A model generated the notes under the pieces. That model saw only the letters and a program-made list of their open reading frames with translations, did not search any database and was not told the DNA's origin. A stretch of 61,721 nt of DNA, the filler included, from Stramenopiles sp. TOSAG23-3 (taxonomy: Eukaryota), in NCBI GenBank assembly GCA_900128585.1. It is 23 parts of 23 records of this genome, joined end to end, with 100 filler letters (N's around TTAATTAATTAA, not from the genome) between each part and the next. Parts side by side here need not be neighbours in the genome. Positions count along the whole stretch, not along the records: positions 1 to 2,605 come from LT644698.1; positions 2,706 to 5,310 come from LT644699.1; positions 5,411 to 8,014 come from LT644700.1; positions 8,115 to 10,718 come from LT644701.1; 19 more parts are not named here. One strand, 5' to 3'. Both the position numbers and the translations under genes were made by a program. This document shows positions 1-10,818 of the stretch, one piece after another; position 1 is the first letter of the stretch, and each line of letters opens with the position of its first letter.

Positions 1-2358
1 CAGTTTGTGCTTCCGTGCGCTCTCTCCGGCCATTTTAACGATGTCCACGATCTTTCTTGACCCCTCCTTCTTCCGCAAAATATCCCGCAAGGTCTTGTCG
101 CCATCCTTGAGGCACACTGCCACTATCCGGATCAGGTGACCCAGCGCTGGGCCATTTGCAGCAGACATAACGTCCACCAAAAGTTCAAAGGCATGAGCCT
201 CACACAGTTTCTTCCTGCCTTCTTTGTCCAGGGCACACCGGGCCAACAGACCCGCCGAGCGGGTGTACACTTCCGCGCCCAAATTGGCCCCTTTCATGCC
301 GAGCAGAATCAAGAGCAAGGACACCGCGCCTTGCTTCACGAGGCTGGATCGAACCGCGCCGTACACGGATTCCGGGGTGTCTGCGTGTTGGACGGCGCCG
401 TTCATAAGCGCAGCCAAGGCGTTGGCTTGGGTCACTGCACTGTCGCTTTCCCCAGCAAGCACCGAAAGCAGCCCGCCTATGATGTCGTCTTTGGCGACGT
501 GCTTTCGAAAGCGCGGGTGAAGCAGCAAGTTGGCCAGCAGCCTGGTCAGCGCCTCCCTGGCGGCGGCCCCGGCCGCTTTGTCGCGCTCCTTCGAAGACCT
601 CAGGAGCATCGTGCCCGCAACTTCCACCACGTCCCTTTTGAACAGGGAGCAGGAGTTGTAAAACTGCTCCGCATCGGCAGTTTTCAAAGCGAGCACGCTC
701 AGGGCACCCGCAAACGCCTCGGTTACGGTCGAGTTCTCCGTCCCTTTCAAAATCTCGACCAGGCAAGGAATCAGTTGCTGGTGCTTTTCCTTTTGCAACC
801 GCTTTTGCATCAGCGCATGGTCCACCATGGTCTCAAAAAAATTACCTACTGCAATCGCAGCGTCGACGTCAATCTCCCCGTCTTCGGTCGATATGAGCTC
901 TACAACGCGCGCTTCAAGGACGACAAACGCCCCGTTCTTCACGAACAGCTGCTGGTTCTTTCGGTTGACGCACGCCGCTGTCAACGCGCTCAGCAGTCCA
1001 ATGTCATACTTCCTCCGCTTTTTGGGAAGCAGGGAGCCCGCCTCGTCCATGAAGCAAGACAGCAGCTTCTCGAAATGGCCAGCAGACCGCAGGTAAATTC
1101 GCCCGGTCTCATCGTCGCCTTTGAGAGCGCCCGCCAAAGTCTTGAACGCCACTTGGATAGTGCTCCCGTCATTGCCGACCACTTTTCCCATCAGCTTGTC
1201 AATGAGCTTAAAGCTCGACGGTCGCTCCACCGCTGTCTTGGGTGCTACGGCCGGGACTTCCGTAACGGACACCTCCTCCGCCTCGCCTGGTTCCTCCTTC
1301 TTCTCGTCGTCCTTCGCCCCCGCCTCATCGGCAGCACTGGCTGGGGCGTCCTTCGCACCTTCGGCAGGCTCCATCTCTGTCTCCTGGGGGGCCATGGCGT
1401 TCTTCACGAACGCTTCGCCTTTCACCTCTTCCCACTCGTCCACGCAGACGCGGTGCTCGTTGAGGAGGGATTCATTCTCGGGCTCAATCTTCAACCCAGC
1501 ATCCAAGTCCTCAATCGCCTCTTTGTACATTTTCTTCCGCCTCTTGGCAAGGGCTCGCCGCGAGTAGGCCTTCACCCACGTCGGCTTCAGGAAGATCGCG
1601 CGGGAGCAAAACTCAATGGCGTCGTCGTACTGCTTTAGCTTGATGTAACATTGCGCCATGTTGGACAAAACGGGCACCAGGAACGGCAGCGCGTCCAGCG
1701 CCTCCCAATAGCGCCGCAGGGCCGCTTCGTAATCCCTTCGTTTGAACGCTCTATTGCCCTTTTGCTTCTGGACCTCGGCCGTCGTCTCCTTGCTTAGGCG
1801 GGACTTTTCCCTCTTCTTCATATCGTCCATGAAGTTCTCGCAGAAATCGGGGTTGTTCTTCTCGAAGAGGGCGTCTTTCTCCTTGTTCACCTCTTGCTCT
1901 TTCTTTCGCAGCTCTTCCAACGACACCGGGTCGTCCGGAATCCACTTCTCCCAGACGGAGTAGTCTATGCAGTCCTTGCCTTTCGATTTTGGCTTTGGGA
2001 AAGAGTGGCCTTCGATCTCGACGGGCTCGATCACCTCTCGCTGCTCTCTTCGCTCCTCCAAGCTCTCCACGCGAAACCGCGCCCCGCGCCACCACTTCTC
2101 GTGCTCTTCCTTCTTCTCCTTGGCCTTTCGCGCCGCCTTTTCCCTTGCACGCAGGGCCTTCTCCTCCGCCTCCTCTTTCAGCTCCTCCGCGGTCTTTTCT
2201 CCCGGGACCTTGACATCTTCCGGCTTCAGCTCACCGCTCTGAAGCATGTCCAGCTGCTTTTGGACATCGTTTACCTTGGACAAAAATGAGTCAATATCGT
2301 CGTTCTTAATACCGGTTCGTTTCTCGGTGTCCAGAAAGGCGTCGACGTCCAGGGACAT
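1..2358 (-). CDS. TTC12: TPR + ARM-repeat protein, TTC12-like (axonemal dynein assembly factor); 3' end runs off the window
   Basis: Not in the ORF track because it has no stop in the window. Manual translation from ATG 2358 gives MSLDVDAFLDTEKRTGIKNDDIDSFLSKVNDVQKQL..., then TPRs (KQKGNRAFKRRDYEAALRRYWEAL...VLSNMAQCYIKLKQYDDAIEFCSRAIFLKPTWVKAYSRRA), then a long helical region still in frame at position 1. Confidence 0.75.
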   Translation of the reverse strand, partial: MSLDVDAFLDTEKRTGIKNDDIDSFLSKVNDVQKQLDMLQSGELKPEDVKVPGEKTAEELKEEAEEKALRAREKAARKAKEKKEEHEKWWRGARFRVESLEERREQREVIEPVEIEGHSFPKPKSKGKDCIDYSVWEKWIPDDPVSLEELRKKEQEVNKEKDALFEKNNPDFCENFMDDMKKREKSRLSKETTAEVQKQKGNRAFKRRDYEAALRRYWEALDALPFLVPVLSNMAQCYIKLKQYDDAIEFCSRAIFLKPTWVKAYSRRALAKRRKKMYKEAIEDLDAGLKIEPENESLLNEHRVCVDEWEEVKGEAFVKNAMAPQETEMEPAEGAKDAPASAADEAGAKDDEKKEEPGEAEEVSVTEVPAVAPKTAVERPSSFKLIDKLMGKVVGNDGSTIQVAFKTLAGALKGDDETGRIYLRSAGHFEKLLSCFMDEAGSLLPKKRRKYDIGLLSALTAACVNRKNQQLFVKNGAFVVLEARVVELISTEDGEIDVDAAIAVGNFFETMVDHALMQKRLQKEKHQQLIPCLVEILKGTENSTVTEAFAGALSVLALKTADAEQFYNSCSLFKRDVVEVAGTMLLRSSKERDKAAGAAAREALTRLLANLLLHPRFRKHVAKDDIIGGLLSVLAGESDSAVTQANALAALMNGAVQHADTPESVYGAVRSSLVKQGAVSLLLILLGMKGANLGAEVYTRSAGLLARCALDKEGRKKLCEAHAFELLVDVMSAANGPALGHLIRIVAVCLKDGDKTLRDILRKKEGSRKIVDIVKMAGESARKHKL

Positions 2359-2605
2359 GGTGCGTTGCTTGGGAGGGAGAGACCTGTCGGTTACCGTGCA
2401 GAAACTACAATTGTGTAGAGAAATACGTTTTGGGCAAACCTTTTTTGCCACCGTTTAACTTTTCTTTACAAAATAGATTGTTAAAAACAAACACCGATAG
2501 TTCAAACATTCTTTCATTTATACCTCGTTCCAAAACTTACAAACACACTTCTCAAGAAAAAGTAAAAACCTGTAGTATAATTGAATAATAGTTCCGTATT
2601 TTATT

Positions 2606-2705
2606 NNNNNNNNNNNNNNNNNNNNNNNNNNNNNNNNNNNNNNNNNNNNTTAATTAATTAANNNNNNNNNNNNNNNNNNNNNNNNNNNNNNNNNNNNNNN
2701 NNNNN
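2606..2705. other. Artificial contig-joining spacer N44-TTAATTAATTAA-N44 (stops in all six frames); first of 22
   Basis: Equivalent 100-nt spacers also start at 5311, 8015, 10719, 13422, 16124, 18825, 21516, 24206, 26895, 29583, 32270, 34953, 37635, 40315, 42994, 45673, 48350, 51026, 53702, 56376 and 59050. Contig length falls from 2605 to about 2572 nt along the window. Confidence 0.99.
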
Positions 2706-3773
2706 TTCTTTTTTTTATTAATAATAATTATATTCACAACACTCTGTTGTTATTTTTTTTTTCTTCTCCGTTCTACTACACTGTACACTGTACGGTACCG
2801 AACTGCAAAATTTAGTACTAATATAATAATATTCCCCAATAATAATAGATTAGCTATTATTATTATCCTCGTAGTCCTAGTTATAATTGATGAGAGTAGT
2901 TGTAATAAACGCAGAGAAGAAGAAGAAAGATGATGATCATTATCTTCGACGATTTGATTACAGAATACAATGGAGGTAGGTATTCGTAATATATCAATAC
3001 TAGGTACCTCCTATTACAATGGCTAATATACTAGAATAAGTATATTCATTCCAAAAATTATCTTTCTTTATTCCCCACCAGGTGCCACTAGGCAACAAAC
3101 CAAAAAAGGCCAAAAAGCTATAAAGGCCCACTATAGTATCGGTTGGAATGAAGTAGATACAGTACATTCCTAGGGGGGGAGGTGGGATCACAAGAGCGTA
3201 GAGTGTTATGCATCCTATTTAAATTACGTACTATAGACTAACATTAAACTCTTCAACTGATGTGCTAATCGATACACCCCACACGCCCTTCAACCTTCAA
3301 CATCAAATATCTGTCAATGTTCATTATTTATTTTGAGTTATACTTCTGTCACAACTTGTACACATCTCTTTCCTTCTCTTCTGCCCTGCTGCTGCTGTTG
3401 CTTGTTTCATACTGTACTTCTAAATATACTAATATATATAGTCCTAGTAAATACTAAATAGCCTTTGGCCTGTGGCCTGTATCGACAAATCGTATTTTAC
3501 TGGTAATTGAAAAAATGAAGATCGTTTTTTAATTTTTGAGATCCTCAGTCCTCAGTTCGTTCTTAGTATTAATAGCTATTATAATCGTTCTTCTTCTAAT
3601 AAGAGGACAACAGCGATATATACAACTGTCTTGGATATGACCTTGTATTTTAAATGTACTAAGTATATGTAGTGTATCATTCCTATCATCAGAAGATATT
3701 TTTACTGTGGAAGCATTATTAGACTATGAAGTAAAATAAAATATGAAGAACAACTCTCTTCTCGCTTGGACAA

Positions 3774-4716
3774 TCAGTTTTTATTATTAGGCAATTCAAT
3801 CATTTCAACGGTTTTACCACTTTCTATATCCGTCGAAGGCTGCGCGTTATCATTAGGCGGAACCTCATCGCCAGAATCTGTAACGCTCCTGACACTCGAT
3901 TGCGACTGCAGACTACTTGCACTCGATTGCGATTGCAGGGTCTTTTGCCTTTGGATGTCTTTCTTTTTCAAACTACACATGAGTTTCATAAATTCAACGT
4001 AAGTTATATCCTCACTTCCGTCGTTTTCCATAGTCAAATACATTTCTTCTAATTGCGTTTCGTCGGGTTCAATCCCTATCTCTTTCAGCCCGGTCTTTAA
4101 TTCGTCTTCATCGATGCCTCCACTTCGATCTGTGTCTAAAATAGTAAAGACCGTTTTGTACAATTCAACAGTCTTGTTGGACAATCCCATTTTCGACGCC
4201 GCAACTTCAATTGCCTGCTCATTATTCTTTTCCTGCTTTTGTGCCTCTTGGGCCTCTTCCATGCTCGTCGTGATAACACCAATGAAGAGTGTCAGCAGAA
4301 CCTGAGCACCAAGAATGGTAAAAATAACCCAGAACACGTACCCTGCAAATGGTTGAGGGTTTGATTTTTCAGGGCAGCAACAAAACAACTCGTTGAATGC
4401 TTCTAAGTCGCTCTCGTCATCAATGCGGGCAGAACAATTGTGCTATGATAACAAACGTTACAAATAAATTAAACCTTTCTCCTTCGGCTATGACCTTTGA
4501 TGGTTTTGCAATATAATTGATGTAAGTTTTGCAGAACGAACTCCTCCCTTCAAGATCAGGGTCCATGTGAGGATTATATTTCACAACTTTTGCTGCTTCT
4601 TCCTTTTCGACTCTCTTTCTTTCCATTTCTGCCCATTCTTCTTCAGTCATGTTCTCAAATTTTGCGTCGCGATCTTTTTTCGCCTTGCGCATGGCGATGA
4701 TAGCGGCGGCGGCCAT
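3774..4716 (-). pseudogene. Single-domain voltage-gated cation channel (EukCat/BacNav-like) with C-terminal EF-hands; internally deleted and frameshifted
   Basis: The 5' part ends in an S1-like helix (IAEGERFNLFVTFVIIA). It switches frame at ~4440 into a pre-S6 loop and S6 (CCCPEKSNPQPFAGYVFWVIFTILGAQVLLTLFIGVITTSMEE), then an EF-hand (LDTDRSGGIDEDEL) and a degenerate second one. S2-S5 and the selectivity filter are absent. Confidence 0.7.
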
Positions 4717-5410
4717 GATGCTTGTTTTTCAATGAAGCGTTTGATTTATATAAGAATTAGATGAAACTACAAAAACTTCCCGAAAACCTAGTGAAGAATC
4801 GCGCTGCTTTATTCACAGACTAAAAATATCTAGGGGAGATTCATTCAAACGCAGACACCTAATCATCACAGATTTTCTTATATCGTTTGTACTTCATAGA
4901 ATGTTTTTTGGTTAAGAGAAAAAAAGAGAGCATTAAAGCGTTCATTATTATTAAATAAAGAATAATAAAAAATATGTCATGATGTGATGATGACAGAGAT
5001 CGACGACAGCCACAAAGCGACACAACAACGAAATGGCCAATAAGCAAATAAATAAAATAAAATAAAAGAGAATGTACTCTCCTCTTTGATTATTTTATTT
5101 GTTTAAGTAAGCTGTACACTAATGTAATATAGACACAATAGTGGAGTAAGGTACGGTATATGATTGTATCATATAAATAAAGTCAGGTAAAAATAGCGTT
5201 ATTTAAAGGAATTCTTCAGTTGTTGTACTACGTAAGTGATGTAGTAGATATAATAGCTGTCTTCAAGGAGACGAAGGCGATTGTATCGGACGGTAAGAAG
5301 GCTCCTTTTTNNNNNNNNNNNNNNNNNNNNNNNNNNNNNNNNNNNNNNNNNNNNTTAATTAATTAANNNNNNNNNNNNNNNNNNNNNNNNNNNNNNNNNN
5401 NNNNNNNNNN

Positions 5411-5486
5411 CTTCTCTCTTCTCTCTTCTCTCTTCTCTCTTCTCTCTTCTCTCTTCTCTCTTCTTCTTTCTTCTTCTTCTTCTTCT
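5411..5486 (+). repeat. (CTTCTCT)n / (CTT)n microsatellite at contig start
   Basis: Visible heptamer repeat followed by CTT repeats. Confidence 0.95.
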
Positions 5487-6074
5487 GAAAGAGAGACGGA
5501 GGAAGGGAGATCTCAGAAGAAGAAGGGAGGACGGACTTTTTGAAAGAAGAAGTGAGGATTTTGTTGTGTTGTTGTGTTGTTATTATTATTATATTATTTA
5601 TACCGGTACGTAGTCGTCTGTTGTGTTTGTTGTAGTAGTATAATAGTTGTTGGGTAGAGACAAATAATAATAATTTTATTATCCACCATCCATGATTCAG
5701 GAGATATTTATAGGTGGCTTCTTTTTTTGTTTTGGTATCATCTTCTTTTTTTGTAAAGAAGAAGAAAACTTGGGGATATTAGTAAAGAATTTCACTCTTT
5801 TCTTTCCTTTGATGTTTCCAATTCAAGCAGTGAGAATATATTCCTTCATTTTTTTCTTCTTCTCTCTCTTTGTTTCATTCATTCATTTAATGCCTGGTCT
5901 TACTTTGTATGCGAATTTGCAGTAAGTTTATTGGAGGAAGCGAAAGATACAAAAAGGAACGAGCCATTAAGCATACCCACATTGGTTTGGGAATGAGACA
6001 ACAGAAAAGTGTTTGCATCGTAGATACTAATAGAGCGGCGACTAAATTGGAGGAACAAAACACACACACACGGA

Positions 6075-7679
6075 ATGGGGAATCACAAAGACCCGCCTGC
6101 CCGGTTCAGAATTTTTCCTTGGCTCCTGTTTCTCTCAACGTTTTCTATCGCGCCAGTGTTGATTTTTCTTGGCGTTACTAAAACGAGCTGCACGGAGTAC
6201 GATGAACGTTTCCCCCCGTTAGGCGTAAAAAACCTGCGAAACTGTCTGTTCAAAAAGTCTTGGCCCCCTGAACCGTTTGCTCCGTGGCGAATTACGGACT
6301 GGATGCCGGCAAGGCCTTTGAGCTCCGGTATAAGCAGCACGTTCAACCCTAGCTCGACGTGCAGGTCCTTGAAACCCAAACAGTCGTACCACATTAGGCA
6401 GCAATTGAAACACTGGACCGCGGCCTCCGTGACCCCGGAACTTATGGAGAAACATTACCACGAAAGTGGTTTTTGGGGAGGCGGGCGCTTCCGAGTTCAA
6501 ATAGTCGACGGGCGTGTTTACGCGGTCCCACCGGACTGCTGCCCTGGTGCGCCACGGTGGAGCAAGTGCTGTGCTCCCCGTTTGGGCCCGCGAGAGAAGT
6601 ACACCCTTGCCCAGCTTTGGACGCTTAGCAATTGGTTTGGCAAGGCCTTGCCTGACGTAGATTTTTTCCTCAACACCCGGGATGAACCGTCGGGCTTGGA
6701 GGCGGCTGCGGAGAAGGTGCCCATCTTTGCGTACGCAGTGTACAAGCGTGGCCACGCTGTCTCGGTGCCATATAAGTCCGATGGGCTCAACCCTGCAGTT
6801 GGCGCTGGTTTGGGCATTGCCACCCCATGGGAAGAGCGAGCCAGCCGGGCCGTGTGGCGGGGGGGGCCGACAGGGTTCAATTGGGACTGGAGCGTCGTTG
6901 AACGAGGGGAAGCGCGGGGACACCCTCGCGGGATTCTGTGTCTATTCGCCGGAAAGCACCCGGATCTCATTGACCTCGGGTTCGCTTCCCCAATGATGGT
7001 GGGCTGGCCCGACAACCCCGTGCCGTGCCGTGTTTCAAAGGAAGGCGCGCCCATGGAACTGGCCATGTCCTACAAAGAGCAGCAGTCGAAGTATAAATAC
7101 ATAATAGACGTAGAAGGGTATAGCTGGAGTTCTCGGCTGAAAAACATTATAAACTTGGACATGTTGGTGATAAAGCTGGAGGACGAATACACGGACTTTA
7201 CGATGGAATTTTTGAAAGAAAACGAGCATTACATTTTGGCCACGAGAAACTCCAGCGATTTAGACGCAAAGATAAAGTGGGCTCAAGAGCACGACTCCAT
7301 CGCCCACCAAATTGCGATTTCAAGCAGCACGTTCGCGTCCAAGTTCCTGTCCGAAGAAGCGGAGCTTTGCTATTGGTACACCCTCCTGTCGGAGTATTCA
7401 AAATTGCAAAAGAGTTCGCACATTCGGCCCCACAAAAACGCGAGGCTAGTGGACCAGAAAGTCGCGGGATTGTCGATGGCCGAATCCTTGTTCCTGCTGC
7501 TCGCGTTCATATTGACGGTGGTGGGGTACACCTGGATCCTGTGCTGCATATACATCACCCCACCGCCCCGTTGCGCAAAGGAAACGCAACCTGCCAGCTG
7601 CTGTAAATTACTAGGGGGCACAAAGGTGGACAAAGTGCAAAAATACGCGGGCGATCAAGACAGAGACCTGAACGTATGA
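6075..7679 (+). CDS. Glycosyltransferase family 90 (CAP10/POGLUT/KDELC-like), membrane-anchored
   Basis: 534-aa ORF with an N-terminal TM, LPDVDFFLNTRDEP, PWEERASRAVWRGGPTG, KYKYIIDVEGYSWSSRLK, LKENEHYI, DLDAKIKWAQEHD and CYWYTLLSEYSKLQ, plus a second TM near the C-terminus. Confidence 0.9.
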   Translation: MGNHKDPPARFRIFPWLLFLSTFSIAPVLIFLGVTKTSCTEYDERFPPLGVKNLRNCLFKKSWPPEPFAPWRITDWMPARPLSSGISSTFNPSSTCRSLKPKQSYHIRQQLKHWTAASVTPELMEKHYHESGFWGGGRFRVQIVDGRVYAVPPDCCPGAPRWSKCCAPRLGPREKYTLAQLWTLSNWFGKALPDVDFFLNTRDEPSGLEAAAEKVPIFAYAVYKRGHAVSVPYKSDGLNPAVGAGLGIATPWEERASRAVWRGGPTGFNWDWSVVERGEARGHPRGILCLFAGKHPDLIDLGFASPMMVGWPDNPVPCRVSKEGAPMELAMSYKEQQSKYKYIIDVEGYSWSSRLKNIINLDMLVIKLEDEYTDFTMEFLKENEHYILATRNSSDLDAKIKWAQEHDSIAHQIAISSSTFASKFLSEEAELCYWYTLLSEYSKLQKSSHIRPHKNARLVDQKVAGLSMAESLFLLLAFILTVVGYTWILCCIYITPPPRCAKETQPASCCKLLGGTKVDKVQKYAGDQDRDLNV

Positions 7680-8503
7680 AAACAGTTTTTATCATTTTTA
7701 TTCGTAAAAGTCTTAACCAAACATCAGTCACCATCTCTTTCCATTTTGTTTCGCTTCGCATTCCTTTCGTTTTCCTGTGTCCCCCCACTCTTTTCCTTTA
7801 TTCCCCCAAGCACATGTACTTATTATTGTTCTATATATATAGTCCAATATTATTTACCTATCTAATACATAATTATGAGAGTATTTATAAGAATTTCTAA
7901 TATCTATTATATCGTATTCCCTTGTATAATATTCTCTGGAAAATCTTACTTTTATTAGTTTAAAATAATATATATTTTACCTTTATTTTTTTTATTAAAT
8001 TTATTATAGATTAANNNNNNNNNNNNNNNNNNNNNNNNNNNNNNNNNNNNNNNNNNNNTTAATTAATTAANNNNNNNNNNNNNNNNNNNNNNNNNNNNNN
8101 NNNNNNNNNNNNNNGGAGGAAGGAGGATGATGATTGATTATTTGCTTTCTTCTTCTTTTCTTCTTCTTCTTTTTTCCCAAAAAAATTATTCTATTATTAT
8201 ATTTCGTTGTTGTTTTTTTATTATTAATTTATTATTATTATATTATAATAGCAGCAGCTATTATTTTTTTATTATTACGCGGTGTATTATTTATTATTAT
8301 TAATAATTAATTATAATACCAACCAAGAAGTAAAGTTTGTCGTCTATTATTAATTGTGCACGTAAACTTCTACATACTATAATTTATGCTTTTTTTTTTT
8401 TAAACTCATAAGATACACAACATTCAAATTTCATTGTATTCGTATAGAATACAGGCCGGGTATGTGCGCGTATCGATATAAAAGCAATAAGTTATATCTG
8501 AGA

Positions 8504-9697
8504 ATGCAGGCAAATCTTCATTGTTTCTTTTTCGTAGGACTCTTGCTGTGTGCATGTTTCGACCGGGACTATGCGGTTTCAGCCGCCAATGAACGTTCAA
8601 TTTCCTGGTGGTGGGTTGGGGATACTGTCGACCCAGGAGTGGACGCTTTTTTATCTTTTTGCAGAAATCACAGCAACATTGTCACCACTGTTATCATGCG
8701 TTGTGGCATACAGACCTGCTTTCGAAACCAGTCGACGACCAAACCAAACATTAAGTGCTTGAACAACAACGGCGAAGGTGGCACAATAGCAGGAAACTTG
8801 AGCAAAGCGTGCGAACAAGTGATCCCAGAACTAGCAAAGATCGGCATTCGCAGCGAACTATGGCTGGGTGAAGACGACAGCATCAATAGTGCTCGTTATT
8901 TATTTGCACACGCCGAAGAGACTGCCGACAGCCTGGTCGCGCTCAACAAACAGTACCCCGGGATAAAAGGATTCAATCTTGACCTTGAAACGGGCGGGGG
9001 CAACCGTGCAGACGTCGACAACTACAGCAAATTTCTAGGGACGGTAACTTCACGTTTGAAACCATTGCGCTTCTCTGCGGATGTTGCATGCGGCGCGAGC
9101 TGGGCACCGTTGTTTAACGATTGCAAAAAACTGTCGTCAAGTGGAGTTGGGCGGCTGATGCACATGTGGACGTACAACGGTGTTTCATACGAGGACTGGT
9201 ACTATACCCTATTGGCTCCAGCCCTTGCCGTCGGACGGCCAGATGTAATTTCTATCGGTTTGGGATGTTGGGTCGACCATAATTTGTACCATACATGGCC
9301 AACGAGTGCCATTTCGGCCGAGGAACGAATATGCATGCTTATGAACCATTCCGTACAGGAAGTGGCAATGTTCGTTTTACGACAAGGCAACCAAAACCCT
9401 CTTTTGAATTTCCCCGAGCCCTTTTGGATAGCCAACCTGGAAAAATTCATGTCTGGTAAATCGTGCGATGCCGTGATGCCAAAAAAAACAAAATGCCCTG
9501 AGGCAAGCGTGGGGCCGGCTGGCAGTTGGACTCCTGGCGGCGACCCCCACTGCTGCATTTCATCCGCGAGGAGGGGCGCTGCAACGTGTGACTTAGACTG
9601 CGCAAAGAAGGAGTGCTTGTCCAATCCTGGAATGGTGTGGAAGCCAGAGAATTATTCTGTTCACCCTTACGAATGTTGCGAAAAGTCGGCTGTGTAA
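8504..9697 (+). CDS. Secreted GH18-like (chitinase-fold) protein with Cys-rich C-terminal module
   Basis: Signal peptide from ATG 8504 (MQANLHCFFFVGLLLCACF; an upstream in-frame ATG lies at 8462). GIKGFNLDLE resembles the GH18 DxxDxDxE strand, followed by LMHMWTY and a Cys-rich tail. Confidence 0.6.
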   Translation: MQANLHCFFFVGLLLCACFDRDYAVSAANERSISWWWVGDTVDPGVDAFLSFCRNHSNIVTTVIMRCGIQTCFRNQSTTKPNIKCLNNNGEGGTIAGNLSKACEQVIPELAKIGIRSELWLGEDDSINSARYLFAHAEETADSLVALNKQYPGIKGFNLDLETGGGNRADVDNYSKFLGTVTSRLKPLRFSADVACGASWAPLFNDCKKLSSSGVGRLMHMWTYNGVSYEDWYYTLLAPALAVGRPDVISIGLGCWVDHNLYHTWPTSAISAEERICMLMNHSVQEVAMFVLRQGNQNPLLNFPEPFWIANLEKFMSGKSCDAVMPKKTKCPEASVGPAGSWTPGGDPHCCISSARRGAATCDLDCAKKECLSNPGMVWKPENYSVHPYECCEKSAV

Positions 9698-9873
9698 TTC
9701 TAAAAAGTGGAAAGAAAGAAAAACTAATTTTCAGTTTTAAAAAAATTCTAGAGAGTCCCCAATCCTCAAAGAGAGTATAAGCTTTTTATTAAACTCAAAA
9801 TTCGATGTAATTAAAATTAAAAAAACACAAAATGCGTAATACCTTTTACGTACAAATTATCTTAAAAAACTAT

Positions 9874-10368
9874 TTATGCACGGACCGATTGGATTAGTTT
9901 TGCCAATTTTTTCGCTTCGTCGCTCATCAGCATCGCAGCATGCTTTTCGCGTAACTGCTGGCCAGCCATTTCTGCCAAGTGACCCGGGCAATCGTGGTAT
10001 TTAGGGAGTCTATGGGTTGAACAGAATGATTTGTTGCAACATTTGCACGTGAAAGGTATAACGTCGCGCCGCCTGCAGCCCTTTTTCTTGCACTTTGGAA
10101 GTTTCTTCTTTTTCCTCCGTTTACTGCTGCCTGAGGCGCTTACGCTGCTGCTTTCAGTGGCCCCACTACCAGCTGATTCGAATTCAGCTGAATCTGGTGC
10201 GTCATCTTTTTTCTCTTCAGAAGTTTTTACACACATGCAGTCATGATTACCGACATGAAAATGCTTCGAACAAAAATTTTTTCCGCAACCCCCGCATATC
10301 AGTGGAAGGTAGTCATGCCTCTTGCAACAATGGCACCTGGCCCCAAGATCGAACTCTGTAAATTCCAT
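9874..10368 (-). CDS. AN1-type zinc finger protein with two AN1 fingers (ZFAND1/2-like)
   Basis: Two fingers: DYLPLICGGCGKNFCSKHFHVGNHDC and IPFTCKCCNKSFCSTHRLPKYHDC. N-terminus MEFTEFDLGARC. Confidence 0.9.
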   Translation of the reverse strand: MEFTEFDLGARCHCCKRHDYLPLICGGCGKNFCSKHFHVGNHDCMCVKTSEEKKDDAPDSAEFESAGSGATESSSVSASGSSKRRKKKKLPKCKKKGCRRRDVIPFTCKCCNKSFCSTHRLPKYHDCPGHLAEMAGQQLREKHAAMLMSDEAKKLAKLIQSVRA

Positions 10369-10818
10369 TCTTTGCTATAAGGGTATTTATAAAATTTGGA
10401 TATACAGTATATCTATTTACGATGATTCAATTGGTCGTGTTACGCTTAAAATCTTTCTTTTCGACCTGTTTTCTTCTTTCGTTTCACTTTGTATCAAAGG
10501 AAATGTTTTATGTATCGGTATATATACCAGTATTATATGAATTTTATCACGCACCGCCGCCGCCGCCGATCTCTATCGAAAGAAAGAAGCCATCCATACT
10601 ACTTTTTATACAGCACGCACACAGCATCATCCAGGATCATTTTTTTAGTTCGGGCACTTCACCAAGAGAAGGAGGCCCCACGCACAACAACATAACAAAC
10701 TCTATTGTAATAGGAGGANNNNNNNNNNNNNNNNNNNNNNNNNNNNNNNNNNNNNNNNNNNNTTAATTAATTAANNNNNNNNNNNNNNNNNNNNNNNNNN
10801 NNNNNNNNNNNNNNNNNN

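Noticed and set aside
136-1638. 500-aa + strand ORF
   Set aside because: It is the antisense shadow of the TTC12-like gene on the - strand and has no recognisable motifs. The same applies to most short overlapping ORFs in GC-rich genes.
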